Source of the DNA: Acidobacteriota bacterium
Lineage (GTDB): Bacteria > Acidobacteriota > Vicinamibacteria > Vicinamibacterales > UBA2999
Length of the DNA stretch: 64,000 bases
NCBI GenBank assembly: GCA_016184455.1
Contig: JACPCS010000102.1
Coordinates: forward strand, 11,962 to 75,961
Direction: 5' to 3'
Each line of letters starts with the position of its first letter. Positions within the stretch are counted from its first letter, which is position 1. Below, piece after piece: positions 35,051 through 43,250 of this stretch. A program made the translations under genes and the position numbers. The notes below the pieces were generated by a model, which did no database searches, had not been told where the DNA came from, and worked only from the letters and a program-made list of their open reading frames with translations.

Positions 35051-36097
35051 ATGCCGGCCGAGTGGGAGCCGCATCGCGCGACCTGGATTGCCTGGCCGCA
35101 TCATGAGCCCGACTGGCCCGGCAAGCTGGCCGCGATTCCGTGGGTCTACGCGGAGATCACGCGCGTGCTCGCCGAGCACGAGCCGGTCGAGATCCTCTGT
35201 CAGGACGGCGCGGTCGTCGAGGGCGCGCGTGTCGCGCTCGAGGCGCACGGCATCGGCCGCGACCGGATCACGCTGCACCGTGTCCCGACCGACCGCGTCT
35301 GGCTGCGTGACTCGGCGCCGACCTGCGTCATCGATTCGGCAGGCGACGTGGTGCTCGTCAACTGGGCATTCAACGGCTGGGCGAAGTACCCCAACTGGGA
35401 ACAGGACGCGCGCGTCGGCACTGCGATGGCGCGGCTCACCGCACTGGGCCGCCTGGAGCCGACCCGTTCCGACACGGGTGAGCCCGTCGTGCTCGAGGGA
35501 GGCGGCATCGACGTCAACGGCGCCGGCCTGCTGCTCGTGACGGACGAGTGGTTGTTGAGCGACGTCCAGGTGCGCAATCCGGGGCTCCGGCGTGACGACT
35601 ACGAGCGGATCTTCGCAGAGTGGCTGGGCGTGCGCCGCACGATCTGGCTGGGAGAAGGGTGCGTTGGCGACGATACACACGGCCACGTCGATGACGTGGC
35701 GCGCTTCGTGTCGAGGGACACGGTCGTCGTCGGCGTGGAAGACGATCCGGCCGACGAGAACCACGCGCGATCGCTCGACAACGTCCGCCGGCTGGAGGCC
35801 GCGTCGGCACAGCCGGACATCGGCCCGCTGCGCATCGTCCGGATCCCGTACCCGCGGCCGGTCATCATGGACGGTATGCGGCTCCCGGCGAGCTACCTGA
35901 ACTTCTACATCGCGAACGGCGTCGTGCTGGTGCCGACGTTCAACGATCCGAACGACCGCACGGCGCTCAACATACTGGCCGAGCTGATGGGGGACCGTCA
36001 GGTCGTCGGCATTCACGCGGTGGATCTGGTATGGGGCCTCGGTACGATTCACTGCCTGACGCAGCAGGAACCCGCGCCGCAGCGCGAGAGTACGTAG
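35051..36097 (+). CDS. aguA: agmatine deiminase
   Basis: MPAEWEPHRATWIAWPH..., VWLRDSAP, GGGIDVNG, DDTHGHVDD and the C-terminal GTIHCLTQQ. The ORF track start at 35027 lies inside the hairpin element. Confidence 0.9.
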   Translation: MPAEWEPHRATWIAWPHHEPDWPGKLAAIPWVYAEITRVLAEHEPVEILCQDGAVVEGARVALEAHGIGRDRITLHRVPTDRVWLRDSAPTCVIDSAGDVVLVNWAFNGWAKYPNWEQDARVGTAMARLTALGRLEPTRSDTGEPVVLEGGGIDVNGAGLLLVTDEWLLSDVQVRNPGLRRDDYERIFAEWLGVRRTIWLGEGCVGDDTHGHVDDVARFVSRDTVVVGVEDDPADENHARSLDNVRRLEAASAQPDIGPLRIVRIPYPRPVIMDGMRLPASYLNFYIANGVVLVPTFNDPNDRTALNILAELMGDRQVVGIHAVDLVWGLGTIHCLTQQEPAPQREST

Positions 36098-36122
36098 CGT
36101 CCGGCTTTACGCTGGCCGGACG
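36091..36122. repeat. REP-like element, copy C (TACGTAG + GTCCGGC...GCCGGAC) between convergent genes
   Basis: The 7-bp stem is at 36099..36121 with a 9-nt loop. The aguA TAG sits inside the TACGTAG motif. The TonB-dependent receptor stop is at 36126. Confidence 0.8.
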
Positions 36123-36125
36123 AGG

Positions 36126-37913
36126 TCAGCGACCGATAGCCAGTGAGAGGCGGACCGCCCGCCCGGGCATCGCGACGCCGAGCACCTCCTGGTAGTCCGC
36201 ATCGCCGAGATTCGTGCCGTCCACCCGCAGCTCGTACGTCCCGAACCGGCGGCTGACCCGCAGGTCGAGGACCGCGTAATCGTCGGGGCCCGTCGAGCGC
36301 GTGCGTCGCCGGTATTCGAGGCGCGGTGCCAGCTGCACGGCCGCCGGCAGCGTGACCGACGTAGCGACCCCAAGGCTGTGTGGTGCGTAGTCGAGCACGT
36401 ACTTCGAGAGCTGGGTCACGGCCGCCGCCTCGACGTCCAGATGCGTGTAGCCGGCCTGCACGAACCAGCCGTCCGCCAGCGCCTTGCGCGCGCTCAGCTC
36501 GAGACCCACCGTGTCGACGTCGCGGATGTTGTACGTCCGCCACCGATCGGCGGTCGTCGGCCGCAGCCAGTCGATGACGTCCTCATCGAGCCGGCCGAAG
36601 ACGGTCCCCGTCAGCATCCAGCCGTGCGGCAAGAGGAGATCTGCGCCCCCTTCCGCAGCCCAGGCCCTCTCGGGACCGATTTCGGCCCGCGCCAGGTGCG
36701 CCGGGTCGCTGTAGTAGCGCTCCGTAGAGGTCGGCACGCGGAACGCGCGGCCGGTGGAGGCGCGAAGCCGCAGCGTGGACACCGGCCACCAGCCGATGCC
36801 CAGCGCGGGGCTCCATGAGGTGCCGAACTCCGTATAGCGATCGACGCGCAGGCTGGCGTCGACCTGCGCGCCGGCCGTGAGCGCGTGGCGCCACTCGCCG
36901 AACGCGCTCACGCGCTCGGTCTCGTGGTCGCCGAGATTGGTCGAGCGTATCCAGTCGGCGCCGCCCTCGACACCGGTCGTCAGCGAGCCGCGGACGCCAA
37001 GACCGCGGGACGCACGAAGGGCGCCGAGGACGGCGTGTGTGCGATGACGGTTCTCGGCGACGCCCGGACGGCGGACATCGAAGAGGAAATGATCGCCGTG
37101 CGTGCGGTACGACTCGACGCCCGCCATGCGCCACCCGCCCCACGTGCCCAACTGCTGGTCGGCAGAGACGAGCGTCTGATTCGTCCATTCATGCGACGGC
37201 GCGTTGCCGTAGAAGCCATTGGCGCCGAAGTCTTTCCACAGGTACGAGACGAAGAGCCCGCCGCGCGCCCCGAAAGAGGTCTTGGAGCTGACGTCGGTCA
37301 TGGCGTACCCGCGCTCCACCATGAAGCCGCCTGACCGATCGACGGAGCCGGCAAACAGCTGCTCGACACCGCCACGCGCCACCCCGACCTTGCCGCGAGC
37401 GGCCGCGAGCCCGAAGCTGCCCGTCTCGACGACTGCCGATGGGGGCGTGGCGCCGGGACGCGTGATGACGTTGATCGTCCCGCCGAACGCATCGGCGCCG
37501 AAGAGCGACGAACCCGGCCCGTGCAGCACCTCGATCCGCTCCACGGCATCGAGCGGCACCGGGATGTCGCCATTGTGGTGACCGGATTGCGCGTCGTTCA
37601 GCCGGACGCCGTCGACGAGCACGAGCATTTGGCCGAAATGGGCGCCGCGGATCGCGAAGTCGGTTTGCACGCCGCGCTCGCCGCGCGCGCGCACGTCGAC
37701 CAGGCCGGTGAGCCGGAGCACGTCCGCGAGGCTCTGGACGGGCAGGCGCGAGATCTCCTCGCGCGTGATGACAGTGAGAGTCCGCGTGACCGTGCCGAGC
37801 GCGACTGGCGTGGCAGCCGCCGTCACCACCACGTCCTGCCGATAGGGCCCCTGCGCGGCCGCAGGAACGGCAGTCGAGATGGCCAAGGCGATCGTGAATA
37901 GGCGCTTGCGCAT
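36126..37913 (-). CDS. TonB-dependent receptor
   Basis: After a signal peptide, the plug reads LADVLRLTGLVDVRARG...DFAIRGA...VLVDGVRLND...IERIEVLHGPGSSLFGADAFGGTINVITR. The C-terminal barrel ends ...RLSLAIGR. Confidence 0.85.
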   Translation of the reverse strand: MRKRLFTIALAISTAVPAAAQGPYRQDVVVTAAATPVALGTVTRTLTVITREEISRLPVQSLADVLRLTGLVDVRARGERGVQTDFAIRGAHFGQMLVLVDGVRLNDAQSGHHNGDIPVPLDAVERIEVLHGPGSSLFGADAFGGTINVITRPGATPPSAVVETGSFGLAAARGKVGVARGGVEQLFAGSVDRSGGFMVERGYAMTDVSSKTSFGARGGLFVSYLWKDFGANGFYGNAPSHEWTNQTLVSADQQLGTWGGWRMAGVESYRTHGDHFLFDVRRPGVAENRHRTHAVLGALRASRGLGVRGSLTTGVEGGADWIRSTNLGDHETERVSAFGEWRHALTAGAQVDASLRVDRYTEFGTSWSPALGIGWWPVSTLRLRASTGRAFRVPTSTERYYSDPAHLARAEIGPERAWAAEGGADLLLPHGWMLTGTVFGRLDEDVIDWLRPTTADRWRTYNIRDVDTVGLELSARKALADGWFVQAGYTHLDVEAAAVTQLSKYVLDYAPHSLGVATSVTLPAAVQLAPRLEYRRRTRSTGPDDYAVLDLRVSRRFGTYELRVDGTNLGDADYQEVLGVAMPGRAVRLSLAIGR

Positions 37914-37921
37914 AAACCTTG

Positions 37922-37971
37922 GTCCGCCTGAAGGTGGACGCTCCGTACGTAGTGTCCGGCTTCAGCCGGAC
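37922..37971. repeat. REP-like element, copy D (two hairpins flanking CGTACGTAG)
   Basis: gtccgcc-tgaa-ggtggac lies at 37922..37939 and gtccggc-ttca-gccggac at 37954..37971. The element is 9 nt upstream of the receptor ATG. Confidence 0.85.
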
Positions 37972-38036
37972 CAGCATTCTATCGCCAGCGGATCAGGTCC
38001 AGTCCCGGTGGCCCGATGATCGCATGAGCGCGATGT

Positions 38037-38909
38037 ATGGGTAGCTGGGTTGCTCGGTGGCTGGGTGGCTGGGGTGCGGCGCTGATGGGAGCGTGGGCGT
38101 TTTCCCCAGCTCCCCAGCCACCCAGCTACCCGGCTGCCTCGTCATGCACAACCGCCACGAAGCTGGTCCCGATGAGCGGCGTCGCCGAGGCGAGCGGCTT
38201 GACCCTCAGCCGGCGCACGCCGGGACTGCTCTGGACGCACAACGATTCGGGCGAGCCGGTGCTGTTCGCCGTCGATGCTGCCGGAACGGTCAAAGGACGC
38301 GTACAGGTGACCGGTGCGCGCGTCGTCGACTGGGAAGACATTGCCGTCGCGCCGTGCACCCAGGGCTCCTGCCTGTACATCGCCGATATCGGCGACAACC
38401 ACCGCAGCCGGCGCGCGATCACCATCTATCGGGTCCCTGAGCCGAGCGCCGATCAGGGCGCGAGCGAAGCGCCGGACGTCTGGAACGCAGCGTATCCCGA
38501 CGGTGCGCACGACGCCGAAGGGATCTTCGTCTCCGGCAGCGCCCTGTACATCGTCACGAAGGACGAGTCATCGGCGACGGCGCTCTATCGGTTGCCGCTG
38601 CTGCCAAAGGGCGGGCGCGAGGCCCGACTGGAGCTCGTGTCGCGGCTCCCGCTCGAGCACGTCACGGGCGCAGCGATGTCGCCCGACGGCGCGTGGGTGG
38701 CGCTGCGAACCAACGACGCGCTGCTCTTCTATCGCACACGCGATCTCATCGGCGGCCAGCCAGCGGCGCCGCAGGGCGTCGATCTCACGGCTGTCGGCGA
38801 ACCCCAGGGCGAGGGCGTTGCGCTCGGTGCCGACGGCCAGGTCTATCTCGCCGGAGAAGGCGGCGGCCGCGGTGGTACGCTGGCCGCGCTCCGGTGTACG
38901 CTCCGCTGA
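38037..38909 (+). CDS. hypothetical secreted protein, beta-propeller-like (start uncertain)
   Basis: The ORF track start at 38037 translates the palindromic array. An internal ATG lies at 38172. The body (LWTHNDSGEPVLFAVD...CLYIADIGDN...ALYIVTKDE...) looks like a blade-repeat fold. Confidence 0.45.
   Translation: MGSWVARWLGGWGAALMGAWAFSPAPQPPSYPAASSCTTATKLVPMSGVAEASGLTLSRRTPGLLWTHNDSGEPVLFAVDAAGTVKGRVQVTGARVVDWEDIAVAPCTQGSCLYIADIGDNHRSRRAITIYRVPEPSADQGASEAPDVWNAAYPDGAHDAEGIFVSGSALYIVTKDESSATALYRLPLLPKGGREARLELVSRLPLEHVTGAAMSPDGAWVALRTNDALLFYRTRDLIGGQPAAPQGVDLTAVGEPQGEGVALGADGQVYLAGEGGGRGGTLAALRCTLR
38039..38131. repeat. inverted G-rich/C-rich 7-8-mer arrays (GGGTAGCTGGG... / ...CCCAGCTACCC) around a 29-nt spacer
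   Basis: The terminal 11 nt gggtagctggg (38039-38049) are exactly complementary to cccagctaccc (38121-38131). The internal GGCTGGG units are imperfectly mirrored. Confidence 0.85.
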
Positions 38910-39691
38910 CCTTCGAGGCGCTCGCCATCGCGTTCTTCGCCGCGCTGGCGGCCGCGGCGCCGTGGACGGCTGCGCCGCGCGACCGTTGCCGTCGTGCGAT
39001 GTGGCTCTCGGCCGGAGCCGCCGTGGCTGTCGCCACGGCGGCCGCTGCGCTTCCGCTCGATGCGCGCGTCTGGTTGGGCCACGCGTACCTCGTGGCCGGG
39101 TATCGCTTGCCGGCGCTGCTCGTTCCGGCGGGTCCGGCTGAAGCCGGAGGCCCCATACGGACGGGATCGTTCGAATCGTGGCTCATTCGCACTGACCAGC
39201 GCCTGTTCCCATTCCGTCCCACGCTCGCCCGCGGGCTCGGCGCGCTGCTCGAGCTGTCGTATCTCTTCTGCTACCTGCTCGTCCCGGCGGCATTCGTCTT
39301 CATCTGGATGACGGCGTCTCCCGCTGTGGTCGATCGCTTCTGGAGGGCTGTGCTGCTGTCCGGCTTCGTGTGCTACGGGCTGCTGCCGTGGCTCGTGAGC
39401 CTGCCCCCGCGCGCGAGGCAGCCCGAACCAGATGTGCCACCACCGTTCCGACGGCTCAACCTGCACGTCCTCGACCGCGCGAGCCACGGCTTCAACACCG
39501 TCCCAAGCGGACACGTGGCCGTCTCGGTCGCGGCCGCCCTCGGCGTGCTGGGAGAATCGCCGTCCGCGGGCGCCGCGGCGCTCGTGGTCGCGCTCGCGAT
39601 TGCGGCAGGCGCCGTGGCCGGTCGCTACCACTACGTCACCGATGTGATGGCGGGCGCCGCCGTGGGAACCGCGGCATGGTGGCTGACCTGA
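38894..39691 (+). CDS. PAP2-superfamily membrane phosphatase/transferase-like protein
   Basis: PSGHVAVSVAAAL and GRYHYVTDVMAG, with several TM segments. The start (GTG at 38894 or ATG at 38999) is uncertain. Confidence 0.5.
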   Translation: MYAPLTFEALAIAFFAALAAAAPWTAAPRDRCRRAMWLSAGAAVAVATAAAALPLDARVWLGHAYLVAGYRLPALLVPAGPAEAGGPIRTGSFESWLIRTDQRLFPFRPTLARGLGALLELSYLFCYLLVPAAFVFIWMTASPAVVDRFWRAVLLSGFVCYGLLPWLVSLPPRARQPEPDVPPPFRRLNLHVLDRASHGFNTVPSGHVAVSVAAALGVLGESPSAGAAALVVALAIAAGAVAGRYHYVTDVMAGAAVGTAAWWLT

Positions 39692-40742
39692 GCGAGGCAG
39701 CCACAAACGCCGCGATCGACGCCGAGAAGCTCAGAAGCGCGCCCATCTTGGTTTGATCCAGCAGGTCGCCGGGTGGAAACGCGGCCGTCGCGAAGAACAG
39801 CGCCACGGTGAAGCCGATCCCCGCGATGATGCCCACGATCGTCAGGTCGGCCCACGTCACGCCGGCGGGCTTGTGCAGCCCGGCCCAGACGCAGAGCGCC
39901 GTCGACAGGACGATGCCGATCGGCTTCCCGAGCAGGATCGCGGCGAGCACGACCCACGTTCCAGGCCCGACGCTCGTCACCGCGACGCCGGCGTTGACGA
40001 GCCCGAAGAAGAAGAGGATGACCTGCACCGGCAGCTTCCACCAGTGCTCGAACTCGTTGAGCGGATCGTGGAGACCCGGCGCCTCGACGAAGAGACCCGG
40101 ATCGCGTTTGGCGTGCGGCAGAAACGGCACGATCGGCACGAGCGCCAGCGCCGGGTGCAGGCCGCCGCGGTAGAACGCAAACCACGAGACCAGGCCGGCA
40201 CCCGCCACGTACGGCCAGAAGTTCCTCGTCCGCCCTCGCTTGAACCAGTACGCCAGACCCATGGCGACGGTGAGCAAGACGGCGAACTCGAGCGGTCGAA
40301 TGGCGCCTGTCGGATAGAACGCCGCGAGGATGAGCAGCCCGAGCGCGTCGTCGGCGATCGCCAGCAGCAGCAGGAACGGGATGGCGGGGTGCGAGGCGCC
40401 GAGAATCACGCGTGCGACCAGATAGCTGAAGGCGATATCGGTGGCGCACGGGATCGCCCAGCCGCGGAGCAGCTCTGGACGCCCCGCCGCGAGCGCGAGC
40501 GCGACATAGATAACGGCCGGGCCGGCCATGCCGCCGACCGCCGCGAGCATCGGCACCGACGCGCGGCGGGGGGAGTGCAGCGCGCCGCCGGGTGCGGTCG
40601 CCTCGACGACTTCCTTGGTGGCAAGGGCGAAGAAGAAGACCATCGCCACGTCGTTGACCAGGAAGTGAAGTGCGTGCGCGAACCGCTCGTAGCTCGCGTG
40701 GGCGACGTTGGCCCACACGAGCGCGACGGCGGCGCCCGTCAA
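39636..40742 (-). CDS. nhaA: Na+/H+ antiporter NhaA (conserved N-terminus extends upstream of the first canonical start)
   Basis: GWAIPCATDIAFSYLV, LLLLAIADDALGLLILAAFY and GFTVALFFA. The in-frame upstream codons read TLTLRRFIDNSGLL before the TTG at 40742. Confidence 0.85.
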   Translation of the reverse strand: MTGAAVALVWANVAHASYERFAHALHFLVNDVAMVFFFALATKEVVEATAPGGALHSPRRASVPMLAAVGGMAGPAVIYVALALAAGRPELLRGWAIPCATDIAFSYLVARVILGASHPAIPFLLLLAIADDALGLLILAAFYPTGAIRPLEFAVLLTVAMGLAYWFKRGRTRNFWPYVAGAGLVSWFAFYRGGLHPALALVPIVPFLPHAKRDPGLFVEAPGLHDPLNEFEHWWKLPVQVILFFFGLVNAGVAVTSVGPGTWVVLAAILLGKPIGIVLSTALCVWAGLHKPAGVTWADLTIVGIIAGIGFTVALFFATAAFPPGDLLDQTKMGALLSFSASIAAFVAASLRSATMPRFPRRRPPSHR

Positions 40743-40777
40743 GAGCAGTCCGGAATTGTCGATGAATCGCCGCAGGG

Positions 40778-41896
40778 TCAGCGTGTCTTGTACGTCCTGC
40801 TGAAGTTGTTGCGCCCGTTCAGCATCGTGAACTGGCCGTCAGCCTGCACCGACGCCTTGATCCAGTGTCCCTGACACGCGGCCGTCTCTTCGAGATTCGC
40901 GATCAGGTCGGGCGAGGTGTTGTGCTTCGGGTCCGTGTCGACCAGCGACAGGTGCCCCTGCCAGATGCCTTCGATACCCGGAATCGACGCCGCCCGGAGA
41001 TAGTGGTTCTGTTCGTACGGCGCTACCTTCACACCCGGCGGCGTGGTGACCTTTGCCTCCTGGACCTGCCCCAGGCCCTTCCGCGGCCCATTGTTGAACA
41101 CGAGCACCTGCGGCCGGATCGCGTTCAGAAATGCCGGCGCGCCCGCGCCGTTCCAGGCGCCGTGGCGGTTCGACTGGAAGAGCGTCACCGCCCCAACCTT
41201 GTTCACAGGACAGACGAGCTCCAGCTCCGTCGCCCAGTCCATGTCGATCAGATCGAGGAACGTGAAGCGGTTGTACGTCAGCAGCAGCCCGACGCCCGCC
41301 TGGTTCTCGAACCCGGCCGGTGCCTTCTGCTCGGCATTCGCGCACAGCGCGTTCGAACCGCCGCCGTTGACCGGCTTCGCGAGCATCTGGTGATCGGAGG
41401 AAACGACCAGCACGTCGACGCCCTTGAGCGGAATCTTGTCGCCGGGCTCGACGATCGTGCGCTTCCCCGCCGAGACCGCCCGCATGCTGTCGTACCACTT
41501 CTGATCCGCGGGAACCGAGATCATGTCGCCGCGGGAATAGACGCGGCCGATCGGAATCATCTTCGAGAGCGCCATCAGGCCGCCCACGTGATCGCCGTGG
41601 TAGTGGCTGATCACGACGTGATCGAGGCGCGTGAGGCCGGCCTTCTCGGCCGCGGTGGCGATGCGCTTTGCATCGCGGCCGTCGGTTTCGTAGCCGGTAT
41701 CGACGAGCATCGACTCGCCCGACGGGGCGACGACCAGCGTGGCCGCGCCCCCTTCGACGTCGATCCAGTAGATGTCGAGCCCCCGCGACTCCACCCCACC
41801 GCGCTGTGAAACGCGCGGCGGGGACCCCGGCTGCGCGCTGAACGCCGCCGTGGACGCCACGACGAGGGCCGAGGCGAGCAGAAACACACGCCGCAT
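40778..41896 (-). CDS. secreted MBL-fold metallo-hydrolase
   Basis: The ATG at 41896 begins MRRVFLLASALVVAS (signal peptide). HVVISHYHGDHVGG is present. The ORF track N-terminal extension is antisense-like junk. Confidence 0.75.
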   Translation of the reverse strand: MRRVFLLASALVVASTAAFSAQPGSPPRVSQRGGVESRGLDIYWIDVEGGAATLVVAPSGESMLVDTGYETDGRDAKRIATAAEKAGLTRLDHVVISHYHGDHVGGLMALSKMIPIGRVYSRGDMISVPADQKWYDSMRAVSAGKRTIVEPGDKIPLKGVDVLVVSSDHQMLAKPVNGGGSNALCANAEQKAPAGFENQAGVGLLLTYNRFTFLDLIDMDWATELELVCPVNKVGAVTLFQSNRHGAWNGAGAPAFLNAIRPQVLVFNNGPRKGLGQVQEAKVTTPPGVKVAPYEQNHYLRAASIPGIEGIWQGHLSLVDTDPKHNTSPDLIANLEETAACQGHWIKASVQADGQFTMLNGRNNFSRTYKTR

Positions 41897-41907
41897 CGCT
41901 GCCTCGC

Positions 41908-43122
41908 TTACCGCGTCTCGGGCCACACCGGGCCCTGGTGCGGCGTTCTCACGCGACCGACGCCCTTGAAGACGAACTTCTGCAGGCGCTTCCCTTCCCA
42001 CGTCTCGGTCGTGTAGATGTTCCCCTTCGAGTCGGTGGCGATGCTGTGCACGCCGAAGAACTGGCCGGGCTGCCGGCCGCCGGTCCCGAAGCTGGTGAGC
42101 TCCTCGAGCGTATCGCGGCGCAGCACGTGAATCCGATTGTTCATCCCGTCGGTGACGTAGAGGTACCGCTGCTGCGGGTCGCGCGAGAACGCCACGTCCC
42201 ACACCGACCCGGACGCTTTCGTGCCGCGCGCGATGAACACCTCGCGGATGAACGTCCCATCGGGCTTGAACACCTGGAGGCGATCGCTGTTGCGGTCGCA
42301 CACGTAGAGGATGCCGTCGTTCGACAGCATCGCGCAGTGCACCGGATTGCGGAACTGCTTGGCCGGTGGCGCCGCCGGATCGTACGGCGGAACCGGCGTG
42401 TCGTCCGGCTTGTTCCCGTACGCGCCCCAGTACCGTTTCATCGTGCCGCTGGCGGCATCGAGGACGGCGACGCGCTTATTGAGATAGCCGTCGGCGAGGT
42501 ACGCTTCGTTGGCTTTGGGGTCGACGAAGATCTTGGCCACGCGGCCGAAGTTGGCCGGATCGTTGCTCCCGCCGACGTAGGTCGGCTGGCCCTGCGCGTT
42601 TGGCGGCCCCCGCCGCGCGTTCGGCTTGCCGTACTGCGCGATGAATGTGCCGTCCTTGGTGAACTTCAGGATGTGCGAGTCGCCTGGGCCGTTGCCGCCG
42701 ATCCAGACGTTGCCGAGATGGTCGATGAACATGCCGTGGTTCCCGGCGGGCCAGTCATACCCCTGTCCCGGTCCGCCCCACGACCGCACGAGATTGCCGT
42801 TGGCGTCGAACGCGAGGACCGGCGGCGCGCCCGCGCAGCACTCGCCGTTCTTCAGCTCGAGCGCCTTCTCGTTATCGGCGAGTGTCGAGGACCCGCGATG
42901 GATGATCCAGACGACATCCTGGGCATCGACCCAGACGCCGATCGCCTGGCCGAGCACCCAGTTGTTCGGCAGCGGCCTGGGCCAGAACGGATCGACCTCG
43001 AATCGGGGCGCCTCGACGCCCTGCTGCGCGGTGGCGCGCGCGAGCACGGCCTGGGCAATCCCGAGGACGATCAACAGGGCAACAAAGAAAACGCCAATGA
43101 GGAGCGTGCGGTTCCGATTCAT
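41908..43122 (-). CDS. membrane-anchored NHL-repeat beta-propeller protein (PAL-like)
   Basis: An N-terminal TM segment is followed by repeated blades (...GNVWIGGNG.., ..ILYVCDRNSDRLQVF.., ..YLYVTDGMNNRIHVL.., ..GNIYTTETWEGKRLQKF). Confidence 0.65.
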   Translation of the reverse strand: MNRNRTLLIGVFFVALLIVLGIAQAVLARATAQQGVEAPRFEVDPFWPRPLPNNWVLGQAIGVWVDAQDVVWIIHRGSSTLADNEKALELKNGECCAGAPPVLAFDANGNLVRSWGGPGQGYDWPAGNHGMFIDHLGNVWIGGNGPGDSHILKFTKDGTFIAQYGKPNARRGPPNAQGQPTYVGGSNDPANFGRVAKIFVDPKANEAYLADGYLNKRVAVLDAASGTMKRYWGAYGNKPDDTPVPPYDPAAPPAKQFRNPVHCAMLSNDGILYVCDRNSDRLQVFKPDGTFIREVFIARGTKASGSVWDVAFSRDPQQRYLYVTDGMNNRIHVLRRDTLEELTSFGTGGRQPGQFFGVHSIATDSKGNIYTTETWEGKRLQKFVFKGVGRVRTPHQGPVWPETR

Positions 43123-43185
43123 ACCGGCCTCCTGATGAACACACCGGCCGACCGTGGAAGGAGCAATGGTGCTGCGGATTATACG

Positions 43186-43221
43186 ACCGTTCGGGTCGTT
43201 CGGGCCGTTCGGATCGTTCGC
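43186..43221. repeat. 9-bp tandem array NNCGTTCGG x4
   Basis: CGTTCG(G) occurs at 43188, 43197, 43206 and 43215, in the 128-nt gap between the ankyrin stop and the NHL start. The core is the same as in 55362..55404. Confidence 0.9.
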
Positions 43222-43250
43222 CGCATGGTACGGCGGAGTGCCGGGGCGAC

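Noticed and set aside
37914-38036. A riboswitch (cobalamin or TPP) upstream of the TonB-dependent receptor. The segment acctgatccgctggcgatagaatgctgg superficially recalls the THI-box.
   Set aside because: The leader is only ~120 nt, lacks CTGAGA and the B12-box, and is largely occupied by the two REP-like hairpins. An Rfam scan would settle it.
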